From: Nageia nagi
Lineage: Eukaryota; Plantae; Pinophyta
Length of the DNA stretch: 64,000 bases
Assembly: GCA_050084985.1 (NCBI GenBank)
Contig: JBITNC010000002.1
Coordinates: 37,572,001-37,636,000, forward strand
Direction: 5' to 3'
Within the stretch, counting starts at the first letter, position 1. Each line of letters begins with the position of its first letter. A program made the position numbers and the translations under genes. The notes beneath the pieces were generated by a model, which worked only from the letters and a program-made list of their open reading frames with translations, had not been told where the DNA came from and ran no database searches. Of this stretch, positions 10,590 to 22,500 are shown piece after piece.

Positions 10590-13500
10590 CTAGAAGAATT
10601 AAGAATAATAAAGAAAATTAAAAAATATAAAATGAAAAATAAAAAAATACAAACAATAAGAACCAATTGACTTCAAAGAGTATGCTAATCATTCTTTCTG
10701 AAGATTACGTTCAGCTCACTAAGAATGATCAATTCAATGAAACTACTTCTTACAAAGGAAAAAACATAGAAGAATACAGAATTCGATTCAAATGAAAGGA
10801 TAAAAAGTTAAAACAATCATTACTGTTTATTTAATTAAGTCAATCTGATTCAAATTTAATATAATGTTTTAATTACAATTGATTAAATGATAAATTATTT
10901 TTGTTATGTGAATCTTAAACCATAATAAATCCAAACTTCGCTCTAACGAAAGCATTCAAAAATAAAATATGAAAAGTATTAAAGAAAACAGACATTAATG
11001 AGGTGTTTTGTGATGAATTTAACATAGGTTTTCATCATTCATGTGTTTTTCATTTTTCTTGCTTTTGTTAAGGTTTAACAAAATGGAATTTTTTCCACAT
11101 AAAAAAAAATAAAAAAGGAAAGAAGGCCGAGCTGATTCAGTTTGATTCAAGATCAATTTAAAAAGTTCAGTTCGAATTGAACCTTGGGTAGGTTTGGCAA
11201 AACCTAGTAATTACATGAAACATCATTTGATGTTTTATCGTATCTAAGCAAACAAATATACAATTGCTATGATTTCTCATCATCTTTGTCCAGCAAACAT
11301 GATTATATTTCTAAGCTTTTTGACTCAAACAGTGATGAATAGCAAAAATATCATAGAATCAATTGTACCCACAAGGCATAAAGCTAACTAAAACTAGTAT
11401 CTGCCCATTGCTATGGAAGAGTATGGCAATGAGAATCATTATTCATGACAGTGATAATTGCTAGCACCTATTTGAGTTTGCAAAAAGTAACCACCTTAAG
11501 CAACATAATTATATGGTGATCATTCATTGTATCTGCAGACCCCCCTATATGGTAAGTATTGTTATTAACTCAGTTATTTACAGTAAAGTTTCAAAAGTAT
11601 TCTGAATGCAAAATAGGCCATTACAACAAAATTACAATTCTTTTGCTACGAGTAGTTTGCATGGTAAACTTTTTATAAATGGTCTAATAAAGATAAAGAT
11701 AGTGAGAAGCATTTTTTTTTCTTTCACTATTTTGCTCTTATAAAAGCAATTTTTCCGTGTTACATTTACTTACAGTAAAAACATCAAAGAAAATCTGGGA
11801 GATTTTTTCTCACAAAGGATCCCAATTAAGATACCAAAAATTGTCAGACAAACAATTAGTCAACACGTTGAACAGTTGAAGTAATGAAAATGTCCATTGC
11901 AAATTAACCTATCTTTAAAACGCTTATAAAAGCTTGTACACATCAATTTAAAGAATAAACAAAGTTTGTATTGTATACATCATTTGATTCATTTAATATT
12001 ACAAGAATTCTAATTGGCATTTAATTGAAAAAATTTATTAGCTAAGATTTTCCCAAGAACATTTAAAGGCTTTTATATCAGAATATAGCACAAGACCTTG
12101 AAAAGTTTTCAAAAAACGTATTTTCACAGTTATGTTATTGTACTTGTCTTTACAACCATAAAGATATTTTGTTAACCTGTTGAGGTAAGCATTTTATAAA
12201 TCCAAAACTAGGAAGTACCTTGATTCATTGGTTCAACCGTTATGGACTCCACTTGACCAACTATTTGCCTATTTTGATCCACGGCAGGAGTCAAGCGGCA
12301 ACATGCCTAATTTGTATCTACTTTTACTTTATCTTTATAATTGTTCACCTAACTCCAAATTAGGTCGATGTTTCATGTGTTTTAATATATTGTCTTTTAT
12401 TTTCATGTTTACACAAACAGTTGCACATATTTGTGCCATTATCTGCTAGGAGACATTGTGAAGGAACTTTTTATGACCTAACAGATGGAAAGGGTCAGTG
12501 CTACAATGCCAAAACATGACATTGTATTTATGTCATGGAGATATATTTCTCTGATACAATAACAACAATGTATTTATGCAAAAACTTGATTTAAATGAGA
12601 ACACATGAAGATATAGTAATGGGAGAAACAAAAAGAATCACATAGTTGGGAAGAAAAAAAAGTGACCCCCAACCCAAAATAATGTGCAGAGTCTCTCAAT
12701 ATCTCATATACACAAGTATAGAATCTCATGCTCTTGTATGATTTATTTTTTCTTTGAAGGTGATGGTAAATGAAGGTTGTGCAACAACTCAACATCTGCA
12801 CAATTTAATCATAATGTACCTACTCGTCTGATTGGCCAATTCTGGTAATTTGTGGGCATTAATATAATTTATATATCTATATGTTTACAGAGATACTTTT
12901 AAACTACCAACAAAAACACCTTAGAACCTAATTTATGAAATCCCTAGTCCATGGTTAATGGAAATCCATAAAAAAATAGTTGCAAATTGATAACAGCCAC
13001 CACAATATGAAACAAAAATTAAAGAATCCTATCTCCACCATACTGCACCAACCAATTGCAAAATAATCATCTCTACCGCTTCATGTTTTACAGCAAGGGC
13101 TCTGCATGCTTTGAGTTTATTACATTAAAGGAAAAAGAAAATGGGGTTGCAATTTCTCACAATATTTTACAAGAAAGGTCAAAAGACTTGAGAGTTGGCA
13201 GAGAAGAATAATGGGTCCATATAAAAATGAATAAGAACATTTATTCATTGACTATTACAAACTAATTACCTTTGTTATAATGCAGTCTGAAGCTCCCATC
13301 CAATCTTCCATGTTGGTCTCAAAGCCCCTTATCTGCACAATTGCTCATATCTGTATCAAAACGGTTGTGTTGATTCTCATCCTATATTGTAAAGTTTTAC
13401 TAGTGATGATCTCTCTGATAGTCAAACCTATTCATTCTCTTAACGACCATAAAACTGACCAAAACATCGTGCTGCCAATTATCACTTTATACTACCCTTT

Positions 13501-16500
13501 CAAGTAACTTCACACATGCGGAAATCCAACTGCAGGAATGGTGCACACATTAAATTAAAAGCAACCGAACATTTAAATTCATAGATATAGCATCCAATAT
13601 ACCAACGTCTATGATGAATATTTCTCTCTCCTGAAAGCACTTAATTGAGAAGGCATATAACCACAAAAACTTGAGTTAAAATCATAATCAAGGTAAAAAT
13701 TAAAATATGTTCTGAGAAGTTTTACAAGGTCTTACAGATAACACAGAAACTAAAAGACTGATAAATAACATGGTGGAAACAATAGATGGAGGAGTGATGG
13801 AGTTGGACTGACTGTAATTTCCTTTATTAAATCAATAATATTAACAAGAATCAAAATAAATCTGTAATTTGTTTCTGTTGAACTAAAAATAGACTAAAAT
13901 ATGAACTTAGTCTTTAAACTCTAGATGCAACTAAACCCAAAACATTTGAAGTACTTAAACTTGCTGACCAAATAAAGTTACTGCATACTTCATAATGCTC
14001 ATATAAGGATTTCTTAAGATTCGGTCAATTGTTTGATTTTTTATCCACCTCAAACACCTTGTGTTTTGTTTCTTTAGTCTGTATTTTTCATCTTTCATCT
14101 GAGTGATTACTCACATATTTGGTCCTAGGTTTCTTCTCACACTAATACATGTATTGTCATATGTTGTACATATGAATCCCTACTACCCACTTTAGCCATT
14201 TGCACATATTAAGAGAAGCTCATTTCCCTTTTTAATAATGCAATAGACTTTTGTTAACTGAAATAACTTTCAACCAACGTATTGTGGCCTCACTTGGCCT
14301 ATCTAAAGAATAAAAAGAATTTGACATGCATACAACAATGAATAAAATCATGATTCGGTAGTGAAACTGAAACATAGACACTTAAAGCGTTGTATACTTA
14401 CTACACAAATAGCATAGCATATTTGCTATGAAAATACCTGCACCGGCAGCTTCCATTCAATAGATTGTAACTTTTTGGCAAGCTTTTGATTGCGGCCACA
14501 AATAACAACAAGTTGACCAATAGGTTCTCCCAGTTTTACATCATATAGAGTTTCTCCAAGGGCCCGAGCAGTTTTCTCAACAGGACCCATGCCTTCTCCT
14601 CCTCCCATTAGTAAGACTGCTGGTAAATCCTCATCCATTCGTAACTCCCTTCTAAGTTCATCCTGAGCCATGTGAATCTATAAAATGAATAATTGGAAAA
14701 TCTATAGGGGACTTTTTTAATTAACAAAAACCATTGCAGCACATCTGAGAACCTAAACAAAATAATAATCAATTTGAGAAGAGAGGAATGACCTTAGGTC
14801 GAATGGTCTTGCAGAAGGATGGTCGTACAGGCAGCCCATATACACGTATTTGTGAAGGTTGTAAACCTGCCTTTGATGCTCTTCTTGCAACCTCAGGCGT
14901 GGGACAGTAGCATCTAGTTACAAGCTTATGGAACCTATGAAGAAGAGTAATACAAATGTAATCCTCTATTTGAAGGTAGACATAATCCTTAAGTCATACT
15001 GAAATTATCACTAAAACCAAAAATAATATAATAGATACCATACTAAAAAGTTTATCTTTAGAAAATTAATGCAAAACCCACCATGTTGGATGGCAGGTGC
15101 TCAAATCTGTAATGACTGTAGTGAATAGTATCCTTTGAAGAAGACCTCTTGACCTTAGAATCCGCAGTGGAACATGTTGCATCAAAGGATGTACACTTAT
15201 GATGATGTCAGGTTGGTACTTCATCAAACCCTTTGCCACTTCTCTGAATAAAAATGACCACATTAGTAAGATTTATTACTCGTATATTACAACAGCAAAA
15301 GAAACACTCAACCAAATATCTCAAGACACCTTAAATAGCCTCTAATACCTTTGGATTCTACATCAACCAATGAGACAAGTAAATTGAAAAAAATATATAT
15401 GTTTCACATAAACTGTATCTGATATTTATGGTGAAAACTGATCATGATGGTTTATACGCATCCAAATAAACAGAATCATGAACATAAATGAGAAGGAGCA
15501 TAGTAAGTCAGTTATGTTTATTTATACACAAAGGAAGCTCAGATTTCAATATTGCATTGTCCCAAAGTGCTATTACTTAGTGGATGTCTATTTATGCACA
15601 GAGGAAGCTCAGATTTCAAATATTGTATTGTCCATAGTACATGCGTGCTATTACTTGTAGTGGAAATTAGTCTCCCCTACATGATAATTATAATTTTCCA
15701 GCAAAGCATCTTCCAAACAGTTAGTGAATTGTATCTCTTATGTACAATACCTGTAAATCTAGGTAAGCAACATGCTCATAGCAAGAATTAAATTTTTAGC
15801 AAATGTTAGCAGGAATATGATACCTTTCTCTGTTGAATTAATCAATAATCCTGTTCAACTGATTTCTATTTTTGGTCCTCTAGCTTCTAGAACCAATCAA
15901 GAATAGAAGGTGCTCATCTTGTTTGCAGCAAACACTATCTATATTCATCACAACAAGTTTCAGCTTATCTAAATTTTGAGTGTAAGTATTTAACTAAATC
16001 ATAAAATTCTAGTTTCTAGTAATATTTGTTAGAGTTCAAACTTTAAATTCCTCGTTGTCTCTGGATTTGTTGAATCGTAGCCGACAGTGAATGTCTCATA
16101 CAAGAATCGAATTTCCATTACCTTCAGATAATATTTATTTCAAATAGACATTTGTCCTTTCCAATAAGTTCGGACCTAAGTTGCATAAAATATTCAGAGG
16201 AGTATGGTTTCTAAATTGGAAACACCCTTCAAATTGTGAGCCTCGAACTCCTTAAAAAAGGGAAAACATTAATATAAAGGAAAAAGATAATTAAAAATAA
16301 CTAGAGAATGTATGTGCATGAAAATACAAAACATTATGATCAAGTTATACACGTAATGCCACCAAAAACTACATGGAACATATCAAACATTGACTTCTCA
16401 TTGAAATTATTAAAAGAAGGAATAGAGCTAAATATCCCTCTCCGATAGCTTCAATAAAACAATTCATGAAATGAATGTTAATCATTATCAAGGTCAAGTG

Positions 16501-19500
16501 CAGCCAAGGAAATATCCGACCAAAATTTTTAATATTCACAATTGTACTTGTCGTATTATGTACTCTTCTTTCTTTTAAAACACAAGACAGAAGAACAGAA
16601 TGCACAAAACAACATTCTTTGGCTTTTTCAATCCTAATTTGTTATTATTGTTTTTAACCTTTTTTAGTATCAAGGTATAACCCAATTTTGATTCAAACAA
16701 CCTGATCTGGATTGACTTTTATTAAACACAAGAAAATGCTCAGAAACGGTCATGGAAATCTTATGGAATGCATGAAGATTAGATAAAAAGATTACATAAG
16801 TTTTTATCAAGTTCTCAAGGAGTTTCGGTTTAGAAATGTTTCCAAGGCAGGGACATGGGAGCACCCTTGGGAGTTTCCTGTAACATAGATTTGGATTCTT
16901 TGGACCATCCGTACTAGAACAGGAGATCTGTGGCAAAACTAGCTGGAGTGTCTGTGCCTGTGAACAAGATCTGTATATTGTGAGAAAGAAATCACAACAT
17001 TCAACTGATGTGCCGCCATTGAAGACATTTAAATCTAAATCTATCACTGCCGAACAAACCCAGAATCAACAAAACAAATGCAACAAAAACTAAACCCTAT
17101 GAAAGTGAACCCTAAAAAATGCTTGACACTAGTAAGATGTATGTGCACCGCAGCATACAACAAAATCGTAAAGAGTTGGTCCCATGAAAAGATGGAAAAA
17201 AATAGTAGAGAGGTGATGTAGAATCTGACAGCCAAGATCAACATCGAAAGAAGAATCTGGAAAGAAAGAAAGAAAATATATTAATGTCCAATGGTGACCA
17301 AAAGCGGCTAATGGCACTAAAGTATACATAGTAGGTTTGTTAGCAATATAGGGTCCAAGCTGATCCCTACTAATGCTAACAACAATAAGAAACAAAAGAT
17401 ACAATATAGGTCAAAAACCTAAAAGCAAGATGAATACAACAAGGAGCATCATATCAACTAGGGAGAGTGTGAGAATGCTCTCAAAGGTCATGTCGTGTTG
17501 AAGTCTCTCTACTCCCTAGAACCGGCGTTTGTAATAGTTCTAAAGAAGGATGTAATTAATTGAGACTTGGGAGAAGTATGAGTGTCGTGTAGGCATCTCT
17601 TGGTGCGTCAGACAAGGGGAAGGCATCCCTCCTCCTCCTACAAGACCCCTTCTTTGAGGCAGTCTAGAAGAAGGATGTAATTGGACGGTCACTACTTTGT
17701 TGCTAGGTGTGGGATAGGAGGCATTTCCGAAAAAGGAATGCCTCTCGCATGTAAAGTGCCATATATCTTTGGTCTGTATACTGGAAGGAGGAAATTGATA
17801 TGTGGGAGTCATGAAAAAGACAATGGTACCGGCCTCAAATCTCATAGTATATTGGACATCGAAAAATGAAGTGATCCTATTCTTTGCACCAAGGGTTGTT
17901 TGACCCTAGATGATTCGAGAGTTGTAGCCCTAATTCCATGTGACAATTTTAGGATACAAATATCACCCTCCCAAGTACCTACTTATCCAAGCCACTCTTC
18001 ATTGCTTCAAGGGATATTACCATTCAAGCACTCAATGTGAACATTATGGTCATTAGATTAGATGGTGAGACTAACTTATGCTTTCAAAACACTAGCTCAA
18101 GAGAAGACCTCATGGTTGCTTTCATATAAAAATAGGTTATTTGTTATTTCTAGGGTTCTTTAAATGTAGCTCTTTTACTTGTATTTGGAAAGAGTCCTTT
18201 GCACTCCCTCTTTAACTATTGCATGATTCAATGTACTCATCAATCCTAGTGATCTATTTTGGTCATCCATGGACATTAATATAAATTGTTTTTTATTTAT
18301 CCATGAGTCCTCTCCAATGTGCCACAAAGATCAAAAGCCACAAGCTTCACTCAATCATCAATGGTGAAATTCAAGAAGGATACAATAGTCTTCATGATCC
18401 TAATACTCTTTTAGACACCTCAAAATCACACTTGCTCCCAAAATTATCATTAATATTACCTCAATCATGATTAATGTTAAACCCCTCGTTTCACATTCTA
18501 TCACTAACATTAAATTGATTTAATATTAGTATCCCCAACACCCTTCTACGTATCTAATACCTACCACTAACCACTAGTGGTTAGATCCCTCCCTCTCACC
18601 TTAGCCTAACCTTTGTTCCCCACATGACCATCCCTTTGGATTTAAATCTACATTGACTTTGACATACTCAACTAGGCCCTCCGCATCAGCCTACTAATTA
18701 GGCTCTCCACCTCACCTTACCCACATGGAGACACATGACTCTCCATGCCTCTTAAATGATCCCAAGGAGACTTCACACTTCACTCCATGTCAACCCACGA
18801 GGAGGCATGGACACCTCATGCCTCTTAAATGAGGTTGAGCACTCCTTCACAATCTCCCATGCACATAGTGCAAGAGGAGATCATGAACCTTACATTAAAT
18901 GTGCATGGCCATTTGTGGGTCCCACCAATCACATCACCTCCAAGTGGAGCACCCCTCCAATGCCCATAAATACTCCCTCCTTTGGGAGAAAAGAAAGACA
19001 ACATTTTTTGAAAATAGCTCTTGAATTCCATTACTCCTCCATGCATTGTTGCTAATCCCGAAGGTCAAATCTTACCATACTATGCCGAAGGACTCCTAGC
19101 TGTCCAAAACATAACCATGAAACCAGATTTTGAGCTTTACAAGTTTAGGATCCTTTGCTAAAACAGTCCACCAATTTTAAACCAGTATGGAACCGGTCCA
19201 CTAGTTTCTTCTAGGGCATAAACCTCATTTCAGCCTATAATATTCCAAAATTTAGGCATTCCATTTTCTTTTGCTATTAAAAATGGAAAGCTCCTCTTCA
19301 TTGTGAATTTTTAATACTTAGAGCTATTTTTGATATTTCTGTAAAAGTTTGGTGTTAGTGAAACACAATAAAATAATAATTTGCCCCTATGATGATGAGC
19401 GCCTCACTCTTGAATGCAAAAATGCATTAATTGAGCATCCCAAGGTGGATCTCCCTCTTCTAGGGATATTAGGAGTTATTTTAATTAATTTAGGTGTCTC

Positions 19501-22500
19501 TATTTATTTTAATAAAGCACGAGCCACATTTGTAACTTGAGAATCTAATTTGACTCCCCAAGGTGGGAAACCCAACTAGGAGAGTAAATTATAATTTGTA
19601 GGAGTGATGTTATGGTATGCTACTGGATTGGGTTGGCCAATCACCCTATTATGAGCTAAAGGGGTATTTAAGGAGAAGCGCTCACTTGGGGAAGATCATC
19701 TATCAAACAAACCCCTTTTTTACACTTGGAACGTGCAGCTAGATCAGTTGTTCATCTTTCCTCTTGCAACTTGGAAACCTTGGAGAGTATCTTCCATTCC
19801 TCTTGCGGCTTGGAACCCTAGAGAGTAACTTCAGTCTAGGCCCTAGTGCCTTCTATATCAAAAAATTAGCCTCAGATCTACATCGGAAGCCCTGGAGCTT
19901 CATTTGCAATTTTGAGTGAAGATCTACATAGTTCATCTAGTTTTGAAGGTGGAGTGAGGATCCTGGAATCCCAACTTTGCCCTAGGAGTGAGACATCAAG
20001 CTTGAGGAGACTACTTGTTGCTATTTCGAGGACTTCATAGTGGTGTTCATAGCTCCCTAGTGAGATGTTGTAATGCCCCTTTTGTGAATATTCTATTTAT
20101 GTACCTATTTGGGAATAGAGTTTGCCCCAAGTTTTGGAGAGTTGATTTGATTTGTTCTTTGGATAGGGCATCTCGTGGGAAATGTTTTGACAGGCTACAT
20201 GAAATGGTTTCATCGGGAAACGAAAGAGTTATGGCCTCTTGAAGTTTGCCAGTTAGACCAATCTTCCATATCGAAAATCCAAAAACATCTCCATATTGAC
20301 CCCTTGAGATGTGATGCCCCACTCATTGGGGTAAGAATTAATTATGGATTATATTTAGGAGTGAGTTTGGTAATTAAAAATAGATTTAGTATGTTTTATG
20401 GGAGCCACTTGTATGAGTTGTAATACATGATTCCAAGGCAATTAATAATTGTAAATGCAATATTAGTCTCCAATAATGAGGCGTTGCATATCTAGCCATT
20501 GGATCTTGTAATTATTGGCATCCCTAAGCAGCGTTGGCATCTAACCCCACATTTGGGCATCTAACGGCCTCTATGAGGCTAACATTGGACTTGGGGGTTA
20601 GAGTGATGATTTCTAGATGAGATCCAGATCCAAGAATTGTTATATAAAGAAGGTTAGCCTCATTGTTGGATATACTTGATTATTATTATTATCTTTGATA
20701 CCGTCCTGAGGACAACAGTCTTAGCACAGCACTAAGCAAACCCCTAGGTGCAGCATCTAGGAGGATTAGCAGGCTGAGGGATCCTGTTAGTCTACGGCTT
20801 TGGTGTAGCACCCTAGCCCATCCAGTGATATTCTGAGGTTGCGCTTCTACCTTTAGTGGTTTCCAGGATTTGAGGAGGGCTCCTTCACTGGAGAGGATTC
20901 AGGTTCTAAGGGAGCAAGATTATCCCATTCACCATCTGTCTGTCCAACAGTCCGAGACATCAGTTGTGCCCTAGTTGGCTCCTTGGAGGCCAACGTCTAG
21001 CTCTGTGAGCTTGGTATTGTATTGTTATTCATCACTTATCTTAGATACAGTCATTGGGCATTTGGATCTCATATTATCTTGTACACTTGTCCATTATTGC
21101 AACGTTGTGGTTTATTTATTGATGCATGCTTGTAGTGGCCAAACATTGGCATTTTTGTGTAGTGCAAACTTGTATTGGATGTCCTAGCTCTAACATTGGC
21201 AATTTGAGGGTTTGAATGCTTATTCCAGCTAGCCTCATCCAAATGTTGGGTATATTTGCTTGTGTTCAATTTAAGTGCACTTGAATTTGTAATTGTATCT
21301 TTACAGATGTCACCCATTTGGAGTGATCTTAAGCTCCTTGAGGATTCAATCTTGGTTGGTCATTGTATTTTTAGGCAATTGGTATTTATCTCATGTATTT
21401 TGTGTCTCATTTACTTGACTAAATTTTGAAATATTTGTGCTTGAGTTGGACGCATGAGTTGTTTGGTCCTAATTTTCATATTTTAGCACTTGTATGATTC
21501 GGCCTTTTTTTATGAGTAATTCGGTGCATGTTCGACTTAATTTCAGTTTCCGCATAAGCTAGGGCATCATTTTGAGCAATTTTGAGAATTTACTAAAAAT
21601 TGACGTAATAAGGAAAATTGGAATTTGCTATAAATCTTACTTGCCCTTGTTTGGAATGCTTCACAGCCAGCCATCTCAACACAACATCTCCAATGCAGAC
21701 CCAGAAACCTCATTTCAGCCAGCCATCTCAACACAGCATCTCCAAATCTCCAAGGCAGGTGAAAGAACAGGTATAACTAGTTTCATTAGGTTTTGAATAC
21801 GCTTTTATATCTTTAAATTGCTTGCTAACTTGTTTGGAAAATAGAACTTGACACACCTGTGAGGCTAGTCCTTACGGCGGTAAGGCAAGCCCCAAACAAG
21901 TGTATTAATTGGATTTGATTAGTATTTTATAGGTGCTTTACAAAGGTGGCCACTCTAAGATCACCACACATTGAGGTCATTTCACATACATGGGCTACAA
22001 ATGGATGCTTGTGTGTTGTAACAAGTTTGCATGTTTTGTAGATGTACAACTCTATTGCCTCAAAATAAGCATGCTCCTCTAAATCTACAACAAGATGCTC
22101 TATGTAGATGCCACATTTCCATAATGCCTACGATGATCAAGAGGCCTTCAATTAGGCATATGGTATTGACCCATCATGATCCTCTCATTGGACACCATCA
22201 CTTATGCAATGCCAACCATACCTCCTCTACTCATCAGTCATCAGCATGCATGGAGGACCTAACAAAAAAATGCAAGGTGCAAAGAACAACATCTAGTATC
22301 TCCTATGCCTCCATTCATCAACATGCATTGGAGATCCTAAAAGGGAATACAGGATGCCCACCACGATGTACTCAACAATATAACCCCTTTGAAACCCAAC
22401 AAAAGGAGCAGTAATATAAAGATGCAGCTTCAAACAAATCCAAGAATCAAAGATAACTAGAAGAGATGGCATAAACAAACAGTTTTATTGCAAAGCCTTC

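Larger units (their letters stand above)
17939..21970 (+). mobile_element. Nested LTR-derived cluster in intron 2 (outer LTR-like sequence, a middle one at ~19390-21569, inner solo LTR)
   Basis: TG start at 17939; TATA-like CATAAATA (~18965) and TATTTAA (~19665); short direct repeats CATGCCTCTTAAATGA; ...GGGCATCA end near 21569. Boundaries and TSDs unresolved. Confidence 0.4.

Noticed and set aside
10590-13269. Short ORFs and a possible MITE end (~11130-11210) in intron 6
   Set aside because: AT-rich random ORFs; no matching second TIR or TSD found.
21863-21892. Hairpin CCTTAC-GGCG-GTAAGG near CTAG as a Helitron 3' end
   Set aside because: The spacing to CTAG is wrong, no 5' TC end or Rep/Hel sequence was identified, and it lies in LTR-like sequence.
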